64,000 nucleotides of DNA, taken from NCBI RefSeq assembly GCF_009914755.1, contig NC_060935.1. One strand, 5' to 3'. Below are positions 25,241 through 39,190 of the stretch, one piece after another (position 1 is the first letter of the stretch; each line of letters opens with the position of its first letter). The stretch comes from the human T2T-CHM13v2.0 reference genome, Homo sapiens. A program made the position numbers and the translations under genes. The notes under the pieces were generated by a model, which saw only the letters and a list, made by a program, of their open reading frames with translations, made no database searches and was not told the DNA's origin.

Positions 25241-26289
25241 TGTCTTCTTGTAACCTAGCTGCAGTATATTTTACTCGGAGCTAGACTGGAGTGTAAAGTG
25301 CAAGCTCCTATATATGAGATCATTTTGCCACCTTTTTAGAGAGCGAGTGAAATTTATACTTAGCTCAAATGTCAGTTTTAGGTATCCACAGCTGCTGGGT
25401 AGGAAATTCAGATCCTACTGAAGAAAATGAAGGGAACCCAGCTGTCTTTGACTCATCACCCTCTTGCGTTGGCAAGGTCACTGTTACCTTGCAATTAGCA
25501 CTTACCTTCAAAGAAGAGCAAGCTCATCATCTGTGCCATGCTGGATAAAACTCTCCATAGGCAGAAAAAGGGCCAAGACTTTAAATGGTTAGAATTTGTG
25601 TGAATTAAGATAACCTTTGATCTTAATGGGTGACCCTAACTGAGCGTCTCTCACACTCTTGCCCCTTCTGGCTGTTTGGAGCCAAGTCCTTGAGATTAGG
25701 GTCCCCTTGGACTCAGTGTGCTGGTCTCCTAAGCATCAAATGAATGCATGCTACTAGGAGGAGGATGTGCAATCACTCTACTTGTTAAACTGCAAGTTTT
25801 AGCAGAAGGATTTTAGAGACCTTTCCACTCTTGGCCCATATCTCTACAAGTAGGGTGGTGGCCACCTCTCTTTCTGCCTGCAAGGCTGGATGCCTGGGAA
25901 CCGAGTGCATGGGGAGAGCTCTGGGTGCAGACTTAGGAGCCCTGGGCGCTGGCCCTGTCTGTCCCTTCCCACACCCAGCCATGCCATGTGGGCCATGCCT
26001 TTGGTCCCAATCAGCTCCTGTCTTAGTGTCTCTCTGGGGCTGCTTATAGCTCGGGTGGGACACTCATCTCCTAGCTTTTCCTCACCCTTCCTTTCACAGT
26101 CCTGTAGAACATCTTTAGGCTTTGGTTTCTTTATCTATAAAATGTGGGAAAAGTAATAAATTCCCTGCCTCAAGGTTGTTGGTTAGCCAACATGGGCTAT
26201 GACTATCAGGAGACCATGGTAATTAATATTGATTGACAATTATAAAAAGATTCATTATTTTAATTTTTTTCCTAAATAATGGCAACTAA

Positions 26290-26500
26290 AATTGAGTTAT
26301 TATATAATGCCAGGCTCTAGCCCAGAGATATTAGAGAATGCATAACTTAACTCTTTTATAGGGATCATTATTATCCCCCATTACAGATGATAAAACTGCT
26401 GCACAGAGAGGTTAAGTACATATCCCAAGGTCACACAGCTAGCAAGTGGCAGGGCTGAGTTACGATCCCACAACTCTCTGCTGTCTAAGGTGAGTTCAGG
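26290..26500 (-). mobile_element. MIR
   Basis: attattatcccccattacagatgataaaactgctgcacagagaggttaagtacatatcccaaggtcacacagctagcaagtggcagggctg. Confidence 0.85.
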
Positions 26501-27518
26501 CCAAGATTTTAAAAAACAAAAATTGGTTGTAATAGGGTTGATCCCCCTCTTATTCTTCTGACTCACTGTTGCCTCTATGTTGCCAAAAAAAAAAAAACCC
26601 TGCTGCCATTTTTGGTTGAAACAACTCCTCCCCCAAGTCTCTGTGATCTTGGCAAGGGTGCCAGACTGAGAGCTACAAAGCGTCCTGCAGTCTCATACTG
26701 CTTCTCATCTGTGACAGTTTCAGAAATCAGCGGGACCCACACCTGTCTCTTTTCTTTCAAAGCAGTTAGCAGTAAAGTGGCAAATGCCCCCATTCCCACT
26801 TCCTATGCTGGCTGGGGCTTGTTTTCTCATCCATGTGTTTTAAGATTTCACAACTCCAAGGCCTTTTCAGCGCCTTCAGAGTGCATTCCACAGGCGGAGG
26901 GTTGGCAGGGGAGTGCCAGGGAGAGGGAAAAATCATAGGCTTTATCCTTGCCACAGCTTAGCCTTAAGATCTATGCCCCTGAAAAGGTAAGGCAACATCT
27001 GTATGCTGCAGCAGGAGCCAACCTCCTGCCCTCACGTTTCCTTCTGTCTCAGGACCCCTGTGCTCAAGACAACCTCAGCAGGTCTCAGGAGGGGCACAGG
27101 GAACCAAGGACTAGTTTTTACATTTATTGCATTTCCCCCAAGTCCTTGCCTCCTCATGCCTTCCAAAGCCCTCCAGCCCTGATCAGAGGCGCTTGGGTTG
27201 GGTGAACTCTGAACAGTGAAGGGTGCTATGTGCACTCCCTGTCCCCTCACCCACACTCATTTGAAGAGTGGAGTGTATACCCATTGGATGGTGGTCATAG
27301 TGCACCCATGAACAGGGGGTGGATGGTGCTTGCATTCCCAGTGTCTGGGTGGGCATTACAAGAAGCTCCCCAGATGCCAGGACCAGGGAGGTACGGCTCA
27401 TGAATCCCAGTGGCCTCAGCCAAAACGTCCTTCTTGGCAGTCATGGGTGGGTGTATCTGTGTGTGAATTTCCAATCATCAGGCAGACGTCGTGGACCGAA
27501 AGCAAGGCTCCTCATTCA

Positions 27519-27797
<279 letters not shown>

Positions 27798-28819
27798 GAT
27801 GGGGGATGGCAGACCCTCTATTTCCCTCTATTTCCTCACCTCCTCAGCAACCAAGCAGAACACGTCCAGAATTAATGACATCCTCACGTCAACTACTTAA
27901 TCTTGAATGCTGGATAAAAGGTGTTGAATTTTATGGCATTTTTAAACCACACTATTTGACCCCCTTAAATAAAAATATTTTCACCTCTGGAATGCCTTCA
28001 TCACCTCCTCCTCCCACTGCACGACTGAGCTATTCCAGTTCTTCTCAAGCTCACTCCTAACATTCACCCCACCTACCCCACAACCTGTAGCCTCCACTCA
28101 TCTCCCTAAAACTCTGCTCTCTTCCTCAAACACCTTCAGTCATTTCCTGTTGCTTTTAGTTAAAGGAATCCAAAGTGTCAAACTCTTTTCCTGTGAGTCA
28201 AAGCCTTTCCCCATCTGGCCCCTCCAGTCCTTCCAAATGGAATGTCCATGACTTCCCTATAGGGATGTTTTCTTTTAATTCCTGCATGCATGTGTCAGGA
28301 GGAGTGTTGGATGTCTGAAAACGGCTTTACTGAGGACTTGGCTTGGAAGGAATTTGGAAAGAGGGGCAGGATCCACCTTGTGTAGAAGTGGCAGGACATC
28401 GTCCAGGCCTGTGCCCATCAGGAATGAGTACCTGCTACAGGAGAGGGGCCTCTTGCTTGCTTGGGCGGGGCAGTGAGTCATTCAGAGCTGCACGTATGTG
28501 ACTGCGTCTCTCTGTGGGAGCTCAGTAAGTGCTCTCGCATTAATATGGAAGTCAATACCACCAGGATGGGAGAAGGAGAAAGGGTGAAGTACAGGGAAGC
28601 ACATCAAACACTCGGAGAAGTGGTTTGTGCAGTTTAAAAGCAACGATACCTGTAGATTTCATAATACAAAGAGCTGAATGTAAAACCACACAGAACATCT
28701 TCTTACCTGCTAGAGATCAGCAGGGAAGGAATCAGGAAGCTTTATGGGGGCTCGGACTATAAAAGGCTGAGAAATACTGCAAGTTAGCTGGAAAAAACTT
28801 TATGATAGGATTAACTATT

Positions 28820-29065
28820 TTGGAGAGTTTGAGTTCAAATCTCAGATTGTTACTTAATCCCCAAGCATTTTTTAGCTCTGACCTTGGAAAAGTTACTTAG
28901 ACTTTCACCATTTGGGATTCTTACTCATGGGAACATGTTTGGTTTTAATCTGTGTGATGAGAAGAACAACAGCCACCACTTCTTAGGGCTGCTGAGGATA
29001 AAATTAGATAACGCTTGTAAAGCACTTGGCTACAGCTTTGGCCCACAGTAAGTGTTCAATGTATC
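28820..29065 (+). mobile_element. MIR
   Basis: tttgagttcaaatctcag...tctgaccttggaaaagttacttag...gaggataaaattagataacgcttgtaaagcactt. Confidence 0.75.
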
Positions 29066-31639
29066 AGTAAATCTTCGGTGATGGCATCATGTTATTAATA
29101 TTGATTGAATCAACTTTCAAACAGCAGTGACACCTTATGGCTGGGAGCTGCCTCTCAATGCATTTGCCTCTCTTTCCGCTGTAGTTGCTGCTGCCACCTC
29201 TCCCACCCTCTGCAGTCTCTCTGCACTTGTCAATTGCCTGGAAGCACTTTCATCTAGAAGTAGATGAGGAATAACTTCCAGGAAAGGAGAAAGGCATCCT
29301 GCACTGTATCTTCGAGTATCCTAGCCTGGCCTCTTCTGGCAACTGCGTCGCATATACCCTTTGCTCTTAACTCTAAGATGACTTTTTCGTGTTTTTCAAA
29401 GGAAACATCCTATACCCTGTTGTTGCCTTGATCCAAAGAATCTTCTATCAGCACGATGGGACTGCATCCCTGGGAATACAGCTTTATGAATTAAGAAATG
29501 GAAAAGGATGGGAGAATGTACTTAAAAAGACAAAACCTCCCTGAAGTCACAGCATTTCTGACATCACTCTATATAGGTCTTCTTCGGGCCCCTCCAGTCC
29601 CAAAGAACAGCAACCTTTCTGGTCCCTCCGGGTGCTTAGAGCCCTCAAGAAGGCAACACTGTTTGTATTCCACAGAAGGGGCTGCGAGTCGCCTCCAAAT
29701 CCCAGGACCTGGCTCCAGGGATCAATATCCAGTCCTGTTGGCAAACGACCTTTCCATCCCCCTCATCGAATGCATCACTCAGCATGCCGTGCAGAGCTGG
29801 GGGGTGGGGGGAGCCTGCTTATTCCCTCTCTGGACACTGACTAATCACCACCATTAGGCCCACAGTCACATGTGACACGGAAACGCAATGAGGCCCCGGC
29901 TCCTATTTAATGAAGGCAGGCTCCTGGCACTGCACAGCTGCAGCGTTCAAGGAATGCCGAGGGCCTCGCCCACGTGGCCAGCCCTTACCCTCCACACTCA
30001 GTAACCCTTCCCAGAATTAATTAGAAAGGGTCCTGGGAGCCTAATGGATAGTATGGCCTCGTGTGTACGGAGTGAAGAAAAAGCAAATAAACACGCTGCC
30101 CTCATGCATGGAGCACTGGACGATGAATAAACCCTTTGACAGATGCATTCTCAGTCTTTGGACAGTTCTGCCGGCTAGGCGCATCATGACCACCACCTTA
30201 CAGGTGGGCAGGCAGAGAGGCAGAGCGGGACGCAAACGGTGCAGTAGGGAATGTAAGTGCTGGTGTTGTATCCACAGAAATCCACTGCTCAACTCTCCCA
30301 ATAGGCTAGTTGGGGGGACTCTAATCCCAAACACAGTTCCCACACTGGCTTCCTGAAGCTCAGAGTAACACTGTTAGTGAGCGGTCTAGGTTAACTATTA
30401 CCCTGTTCCTTTTGGATTTTGCCCAAGGCTAGCTCTGCAGTTACGTTCTTCCAGGGAACCACAGGGGTAGACGCTGGCTGGTTTCCAAACGTTATCGGAG
30501 GGTGCCTTTAACGGCCAAAGTTAACACTGGAACCCTCAGCTACTCGCTGAAGCAAGAAGCCTCAGTATAACCAAGTCATATTTCTGTCATGGGCAAAATT
30601 TAATGTTGAAGACACCCGAGACGCCTCCTCTATTTTTGGCATCAACCTGCTACTGTAATTTAATTATCAAGGGAGAAAATTAGGGGACGAGATTAGCAGA
30701 GAAAAGGGTCTCTCACGTACAGTTCCACACTGAAAAGATTTCCTGCAAAACACTTGCAGACACCCAGCAAGTCTCAGAGGCGACACTTTCCCCATTTCTT
30801 CAGCCATCTCTGTCGACTCACCCAGCACAAACACACTTGGACCCCTGGGCAGCCAGGTCGGCTCAAGCAAACCACACATGGATTCCCTTCCATCTTCCAC
30901 CTCATCAACTCTCCTCTTGTTGGAGAATCTTTATTACCAGGGTGGATGCAAGAGGCAGAGAGAGCCCAGCTGGGATTGTGGGTCCAGGTGCAGTTTTCTC
31001 TTCTGGCTGTTCAAAAAAATCCTATTTTGACTTGAAACTGGCCTAAATTTCCTCTGGAATTGATCGTGAGAGGGCACATATGAAACCCCACCAAGCCATT
31101 CTTAAGGAGCCATTCTTCTCATTACCTCCGCCTTTGAGGATGCCAGGCTGACCAAGGGCTCCACTCATCAGCCCCTCTGCTCCTCAGCTCTGAAATTAAC
31201 CAGCCTTCCCTTTCTGCCTTCTTCATGAACCACCTGCTGTTCTCCAAAGTGTTAGGTGGCAGCTGCGCACACCCAGGGAAATAGATTTCCAGCCTCACTG
31301 TGATATTGCTTTAGGAGGGCCTGTGCCACAGTCTGCAGCCTTGGTGTGTACGGGATTAGACAACACGCATCCTGACAAACAGAATCAGCCCTTTCCCATG
31401 CAGAGCCTTCCTCCTCATGCATTTTTTGTCCATCCACTGATGCTCCCAATTGTGAGTGATTGCGTGCGGTTACTTTTATGTGCATGATGAAAAGTGCAGG
31501 AAAAAAAGGGGGACAGAAACATAACGAGATAAAGCCAGACAAATCGTTCATAGCAGATAGATCTCAAATAATTGCAAGCCAGAAACACTTTCAACAAAAG
31601 GAGTATATCCAAGAGGGAATTCATCTGTTGACACCTTTA

Positions 31640-32320
31640 TTCATTTGTGCATACATTCACTTAAAATAAATACTTATTGGTGATCTTCCAGGTACCAGGC
31701 ACTATGCTGAATCGAGGGGGGCACAGCAGACAATAACTGTTCTCACTAGGCTTACCATCTTGTGGCAGATGCTGACATATGGCCAGATCCTTAGTGTCCT
31801 CTGTGTTGAATGCTATGATCTTTGCTATCCTATGGAGAGGATCAGGAAAGCCTTCCACAAGGGAGCCAGGTCTAAGATGAAGTCAGAAAGATCAGTAGGA
31901 GTAAGCCATGCGAGAAGGGTGTGTGCATGTGCTTGCATGTGTGCACATGTGGGTGTGGATGGGTGTGCATGGGTGCATATCCACGTGCATCCTTCTGCTG
32001 AAGGTGGGAGCTAGAGAAAGGGGTAAAAGATAGTAAATGTAGAGATTCGAGGCAAAGGATTTCTGTAGGAATACAATAAGAAAGGAGATAAGCAATGGCC
32101 AGATCACGCAATGCTTTGTAAGCTATGACTCTTGAGCATGGGGAACAGAGAACAGGGGAGTAGGTAAGCTCACTAAGGAGAGAGGCTAAATTGTGAAAAA
32201 GGAAGGGGAAATCGGCTAGCCCAGTTTAAGGGACTGAGTCACACCAGTCTTTAAAAGCTCATCAAGGGAAGAACCCAAAAAAGAGGCCGAGGGCGAGCAG
32301 CCAGAGGTTAAGAAGAAGCC
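31640..32320 (-). mobile_element. L2 fragments
   Basis: cattcacttaaaataaatacttattgg...ccaggcactatgctg...ggatcaggaaagccttcc..., antisense L2. Confidence 0.6.
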
Positions 32321-32321
32321 G

Positions 32322-32540
32322 TATTTATTGAATGTTTACTCTCAGCCAAGCACCTTGTATGTGTTACTTCCTTTAATCCATACCGAATTCTAGGAAGTAG
32401 GCACTATGTTAATTCATACATTATAAATGAGGAAACTGAGGCACAGAGCGGTGAAGTAGCTTGCCCAGGTCACAGAGCTAGTGATTAGCAGAGCCAGGCT
32501 TTGAATCCCGGTAGAATGATGGGAGCCTGTGCTCTTGGAA
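32322..32540 (-). mobile_element. MIR
   Basis: atgaggaaactgaggcacagagcggtgaagtagcttgcccaggtcacagagctagt...tttgaatccc. Confidence 0.88.
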
Positions 32541-35500
32541 GTCCGTTCCGTACAGGGGAACATACAGAACGAGACTCTACAGTTCAAAAGAACTGCAGTG
32601 AACAGTCACAGATTCATGAAACCCTGGTCAAAGACGGGCCCCAGAAACCACTCTCTCATTTCCAAATGAGGACACTAAAGACCAGCCCTGAATCTCAGAA
32701 GATGATCTGGAACCTCTCCTCTCTCAAGTGCTTTCCCATCTTTGGTTATAAGCAAAAGAATAAACACATTTTTCAGAATCCACAAAAGTCATCTTTGAGG
32801 AAAAAGTTGGCTACTGTCCTAGAGCTGGTTCAAATCCCCAGTCGAAGAAGCCCAGGAAGCCAGCCAAGAGACCCAATCCCTGCCCCTCACACATACCCCC
32901 GGCTCTGCTCCAAAGCTGGGGTTCCCGAAGCAATTCCTCCAGCAACCTTGGGGTGCATTCTTTCACACCTCTGGCAGGATGGATTCTGATTCATGTCACA
33001 TCGTTATTTCATGTCTGCATTTTGTCCCCTCCTGAGATGGTTGGCCCTTCAAGCCAGGGAACCACGTTCTCAGGGCCTCCTCTATGGTCTTCGCTAGCTC
33101 TATTGCAGTAGGTACTTCATACAAGTTTGCGGAGTAAACAAGGGACCCACGCACCCCGGAGGGACAGTCACAGATGATTTCCTCTCATTCCTTCCAAAGC
33201 ACAAGGTATCTGGCTTCTGGACAGAGCTCTGAAAAGGAGTGGCAGCTGCTCAGTGATGTAGCACCGTCATTGGAGAGGGAGAAACAAAAATTCAGTCTCT
33301 CTAAAATAGATGATAAAGGGTCAGGGTTTCACTCTTGGCCAAGGTGGGACACCGCCTCCCCGCTGGAAAGCTCTGCCCTGTGAGCTGGTCTCTGCCATCT
33401 TCTTCCCTCTCCCAATCAGGAGCATCACCTGTCATCGGGCTTCACGTTTACTGAACAGTGTGCAACCAGTGATACCTTCGTCTTCTAGCATGTTAGAGAC
33501 ATTTACTCAGGACTTCTCTAAATTAGCTGAGAGATGTGTGCAAGACTGCCTACTGGTAGACAGCTTCATAATGGTTAGACAGCCTGCCAAGGGAAGGCTT
33601 CTTCTCAAAGTAACTTGCAAATTAGGGCACTGTGATGGCTCAATAGTCACCTGCTTCCAATGGCTGCCTGTAGCCAAGCAAGAGGTGAGCCAAGTCGTTG
33701 ACAGTCAGTAGGAGTTACTGCTTAGCATGTGAAGCTACAAGATGCTCACCGGCAAGGGGCTTGTGGAAAGGAAAGACAGCCCTGTTCTCTGCCCTCATGA
33801 GTTGCGACTGAAAGCTGAGGTTTCTGCCTTTGCCTCGCTCTGGAGACACCAGCCCGAGATTCGACCTGGGGAAGTGTGTGAGAACCTGTACACCCTTTAG
33901 TTCTTGACTTGCTGTGTGTTTTCAAGTGACTTACCTAGATTCTCTGGGAAAGCTGAGGAGGAGAACACCATACCTACTTTGTACTTGGTCAATGCCTTTG
34001 AAAATTTTCCCGCATTTTAAATGTTAAAGTTCTTTGGAAGGAGGCAGTGTGTTTACAGAGACAAGCAAGAAGCAGTAGCTCATATTTGACAGTGTGAAAA
34101 TGACTAACAATCAAATTTGCTGAGTAGCCAGTCCGCTAAAGAACATCGTATCCTGACGCCCTTTCTGCCCGACACACAGACCTCTGCCCTCTCCATTCTT
34201 ACAGTCTGTTCTTGCAGGAATGAGCCACGGCCTCCCTCCCCTTGTCCTCTGCTGATAGACTTCAATGCCAGGAGCTTTTCATCTAACATCAGACAGCATC
34301 ATAGGCATCATATAAAAAGGAAGCTGGGAGAACACAACACAACGCCAGGCATTTACCAGCTAACACTTTGCCCACATTCCTCCCTGCATAGCCCCTGGCA
34401 TGTGGGGTTCTGTAGAGTACAGGATTAGGGGTGCCCATACTGTGGTTCACTTGTCCTACCCCCTTGCATTCTTTCCTCTGCCTATGTTGTGGGCTGTAGC
34501 ATTTTAATGCCACAAAAGGAAATTTACAGATTTTTTTAAAAATCTACTTAACAGCAGTCTCCTCTTGGAGATGTAAATATTCATAAACATATCAACTCTT
34601 CCAGACCCATCACAAATAGAACTGCCAGTGACACCCCTGCTGCCTTAGGCATTGTTCTAATAAGTTAGGAGCCGGGGAGTGGAAGGGGATATTTTTAACT
34701 TTACAATTTTTTTTTTTTCAAAAGCCATTTTAAAGTGCCCTGCTGGGAATGGAGCTGGAAAGAAGCTGTTTTCTGGAAACAGAGAAGGCTTCAAACAGAG
34801 CTGTGGGTCAGACCTGAAACGGTGATTGAGACAAGGTGATCATATCTTGCATTTCCATCACACAGACCTCATGGAGGAAACTCAGGAGAACAAAATCTGA
34901 ACATGGCTTCACGTGGCCCCGTGTGGAAATATGTGTCACCTTCTCCACAGATGGGGCTGCCTCAGCCTAAGCAGCACATGCCACTTTTAGGGGAAACCCC
35001 AGAGGGTTGGCAGGACAAGATAGAGCCATGAGTGTTCCTCTGAGTTCATTCAGACAGTCACTGGGGGCATTTCTTCATCGTGATGCAGCTATTCATACTA
35101 TGGCTTCTCAGCTGGTGTAGCCGCGATTGCATTATCTGGGCATAAGTCTTTGATAAATATGTTTCCTTGATTCGGTTGTTATTTATTATTCAATAATTGT
35201 CCTATTAAACTTAAATTAATGGGGTATTTGGGATCCATTCCTGAATGCTTCTTCCACTTGTTTCTGTCAGGGAATTCTGCCGGCTCTTTAATAACACCCA
35301 GCTGTGGATGGCACTGCGGCCCACGTGCTCCAGCTGAGGTCTCCCGCAGCTGTACACAGACAGCCTGGCGACTGCTGGCCGTGGGTCACTGTCCATCCAT
35401 CACTCCGGCTACACTTCTCCACCCCTCCTCCGTCTCTCTGCCACTTCCATCCCCAGCCCACTCCTCAGGGAGCAGCTTGAAAGATTACAGCTCAGAAGCA

Positions 35501-35924
35501 GACAGGGTGGGAAAAGGAGAAAGGATTTGAGAGAAAATAGTTTCATGAGAAGACAGATAACAGAGTTGTTGAGGCTGTGTTAATTAAAAAGCAGCAATTT
35601 GTCTGAGTTCTGAATGTGAAGAATCCCCTGGGAGATGTTAGCCAGGCTTCCTCTGAGAGCCAGACGCCCTCCATTTCTATCTGGCACATGCTATGGCCAG
35701 GGCACTGCGAGAGGGTTTCTGCCCTATTTGTCCTTGTCCAGAAACTGAGGATTCCTGGAGGCCCAAGGCCACAGTGCCCACTGCCTTCCTGCCCCACCCT
35801 GCCCAGACACTCTCATCGGGCTTGAGGAATCGGGTAAGACGCATGCATGGCTTCCCCAGATGGAATGTCCTGCTGATTCCCTATGGGATGCTAACTCCCC
35901 TACTAATACTTACAAAAAACTTGT

Positions 35925-36135
35925 CCTAGGCCAGGCAATTTCATAGGAGCTTTGCATAATTAATGCATGTTAATTTTTACAACAATCCCATGAGGGATGT
36001 ACTCTTATTATCTCCATCTTATCAGAGAAGAAACTGAGACACAGGCGTGCATTAACTCAATCGACAAATAGTAACGTTGAGTTTCAAATACAAGCAGACG
36101 GACTAGAGAGCAGTTCTGATTAACCACTGTGCTGC
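35925..36135 (-). mobile_element. MIR
   Basis: acaacaatcccatgagg...ttattatctccatcttatcagagaagaaactgagacacag. Confidence 0.75.
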
Positions 36136-37124
36136 ATTGGCCATCACAAGGACTATTGACTGCATTAGGAGAGACGCCTAAAACCCCGTATGAGAATGCA
36201 GCCAACTCATCATACCACTTAGCGCCAGAAACTACACGCTCTAAATAGACAGAGAGCACCTACTGGATAAAGAGCTGTTCTCAGTGTATTGCAGGTTAAT
36301 TAATCTTGTGACTTTGTGTTGCCTTTAGAAGAGATGAAAGTCTCTCTTTGTCTGTGCCACTTACTTACTTAGAAACAAAACAATAAAACATTTTTTTCTA
36401 TGGGTTCATGGTTCTTACTGACAAGATACCCCAGAAGAAAGAACTATACAGTACTAGATAGAGCTGATACAGAGAGATGCTTTGCTGTTATGCCCCAGAG
36501 AGACACTGTCTTTCAAGATTGAGGTCTGGAACTCTGTCTTCTCCTGAATTACTCTAAGCTATGGCTCTTTGAAGGTATTTAGGACATGTTTCCCAGAATG
36601 CCACTGTACATAATGTGCATTTTGACCATAAAGTGCCAAGCAAGCTAGTATCATTAATAAATTCAGTCAGTTTGAAAGTCTAGTCAATATTACTTTACAA
36701 AAGCTCAATAACAGATAAATGTTTTCCATTGATTCAAGACTAGCAGCTTCATTAAGCATTACTATTTATACAAAAATATTTACCAAAAACCTGCTATGTG
36801 GCAGACTTCACTCTTAGCACTATGGATACAGCAGGAAATGGCACAAATATCCCTGCCCCTGTGGGGTTTACAATCTAGCTGTTTTCCTTCAAATATGGAA
36901 CTTCCTGTGAGTGTAACATTGGATTCTATGTGATTTTCAGATTTCCAAGACTATTAATTACATAAAAAGGAACTTACGCATCAGCAAGGGAAGCCCACAG
37001 CCATAATCTGAACATAACCTACTCAGGTCAGTTCCTATTGCTTTAGAAGACTCAGTGGCAACTGGAATTGTCACCAGGGAGGAGAATGATCTGTCTACTG
37101 AGCAAGCTGTCTCTTATCGCGGGC

Positions 37125-37430
37125 AGCCTGGGGTAGTGGAGTGAGCCCTGGACTTGGAATTGGAAGATCTGACACACCTGACCTCCCACTCACTAATCAC
37201 GTGACCTTTCAGTAAGCAACTTGACTTCTATGGCCCTTAGTGTCTTCGTCTGTAAAATGAGGAAGAATAATACCCATCACATCTATTTGAATGTTAAAAA
37301 ATCCAAAGCAAAGCAAAACAAAAGAGAAGTTGATCGCAGATGAGGAAATGCTTGGAATTCATGAAATTGCATGTAAATGTGAAGTGCTAATATCAATGAC
37401 ATGAGGTGTACATAGAGTGTGATAAATATG
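37125..37430 (+). mobile_element. MIR
   Basis: gggtagtggagtgagccctggacttggaattggaagatctg...gtgacctttcagtaagcaacttgac...tctgtaaaatgaggaagaataatacc. Confidence 0.75.
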
Positions 37431-37520
37431 GGCAGTCTTATAATCTGATTTGTAACCCGTCACCGTGCAGGACAGAGTCCTCCTGGAAGCTGGTTTCACT
37501 CCCGTGCTGTGCTCTCCACC

Positions 37521-38108
37521 TGTGAGGGCTTCTTTATGTGTCAGCTCAGCTAGGCTGAACGGCAGCCCCCAGAATCCACATTCTAGTGTATTTCCAGTTA
37601 GCTGGGCTGCCGGGGAGACCCCCTCAGGAGGGTGGGAGGGCAGTAGCTGCCTCTCTAGCATGCATGCCTCTTCTCTCAGTTATTCAGCCAAACGCTGATC
37701 TAGGTGCTCCTGTACAAGGATTTTGTAGCTAAGGTGGAAATCCCTCACCAGTTGACTTTAAATTAATCCAAAGGGAGATTGTCTTCTGTGGGCATGACTT
37801 AACAAGTTGAGAGTCTGTAAATGAGCTTAGCCCTTCCCTGAGGGAGAGATTCTAAACAGCCCCTGGGCCAGCACAGCTCTCCTTCTTCCAATCCTTCCTT
37901 CCTGGCTGCCACTTTTAGACACTCAGCTTTAGCTCCTGCCCATTCTAGTTTGTTCATGGTCTTCCTCTCCTGACTGTCCACCCTAAGAACTTTGGTCTTG
38001 TGTAGCCATCATCTGCAATGGGGTAAACCATTCCTTGCAGTAACTTTATTCATATACACATACACCTTCTCTGATTGTGCTACTCTGCTTGAACCCTGGC
38101 AGAGACAC
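37521..38108 (+). mobile_element. MLT2F-like (ERVL) solo LTR
   Basis: tttatgtgtcagctcagctaggctg...cagttattcagccaaacgctgatctaggtgctcctgt...ctctgcttgaaccctgg. Confidence 0.75.
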
Positions 38109-38493
38109 ATCCTACCTTGCTTGTCCAGGTAATGAGCTTGCCTGTAATGAGCAAATTATTTCTACCCATGGGTGTTCTTATGGTTAAAGAAAAGTTGACC
38201 TCAGTTTCCAAGTCCCTTTGGAAGACACAAGCATCTGGCACATTACATGCTGGGGGAGTGGTCTGATGAACTGAGCCAATTTATAATGTAAAAATCAATA
38301 AGGAATAATGAGGTGGAGCCCAGGGAGGACTTGCTTTGGAGTCCTAATTTCCATGTCCTACCACTCAGAACCATGCCATGGGCTCACCATTTCCTGGATG
38401 TAGGCCTCCCTTCTTAGGATTTAGTTTCACATTGCAGTGTAAAACTAAATGGTCTACCAGTTTCTTCTTCTTCTTCCTTTTTTTTTTTTTCAG

Positions 38494-38534
38494 TGCATTT
38501 TGTCCTGAACAATCAAGATAGATGGCCAGCTCAG
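38494..38534 (+). other. Candidate 41-nt cassette exon (unconfirmed)
   Basis: 30-nt pure pyrimidine tract plus CAG acceptor (38461-38493) and consensus donor CAG|GTAAGT at 38535. Confidence 0.35.
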
Positions 38535-38809
38535 GTAAGTTTGTGCAACAATCCCAGAGAAAGAAGCTCTAAATCAATCTATTGGGGAAATATTAATGCT
38601 CTCATTAGGAGGCTTAATTATTCACATCAGCCTCTGCTTCTTTTCATGACAGTAATTCCATTTCTGACTTCAGAGCAATTGCTCTTCTCAAACTTGCGAG
38701 ACACCCAACAGGTGCTCTCTGTCCCCAGAATGTTAAAATATTTTGCATACAGCCAGAAGAGATCCATCTCAGACCAGCCTTGCCTCCTCCTGTCCCTCCT
38801 CCATGTGTG

Positions 38810-38810
38810 T

Positions 38811-38844
<34 letters not shown>
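38810..38844 (+). repeat. (CA)n microsatellite
   Basis: Directly visible. Confidence 0.95.
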
Positions 38845-38846
<2 letters not shown>

Positions 38847-38964
38847 CTCAAAGCTTATGCCCTCTGAATATTCAGACCAAAGCTCATAACTTCTCCCATG
38901 CACACTCAGACTTACATTCCCATCTTTTTCCCATTCGGACTAATAACAATGGAAACAAACCCAC

Positions 38965-39190
38965 ACATATTGATTTCTCTGTGCCAAGCACTGTTTAAAA
39001 TGCTTTAAATATATCAACGGGTGTCTAGCGTCTGTGAAGTAGTACTATTTTATTACCCGTATTTTACCAACAGGGGAACTGAGACACAGATGATCTGCAT
39101 CTTGCCTGAAGTCTCCCAACCGAAAAAAGGAAGAGTGAAGCAGTTAGAGTCTGCACCCAGACATTCCAGGGCTGCAGCCCCTGAGCTTCA
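38965..39190 (-). mobile_element. MIR
   Basis: tgtgccaagcactgttt...tattacccgtattttaccaacaggggaactgagacacaga. Confidence 0.7.
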
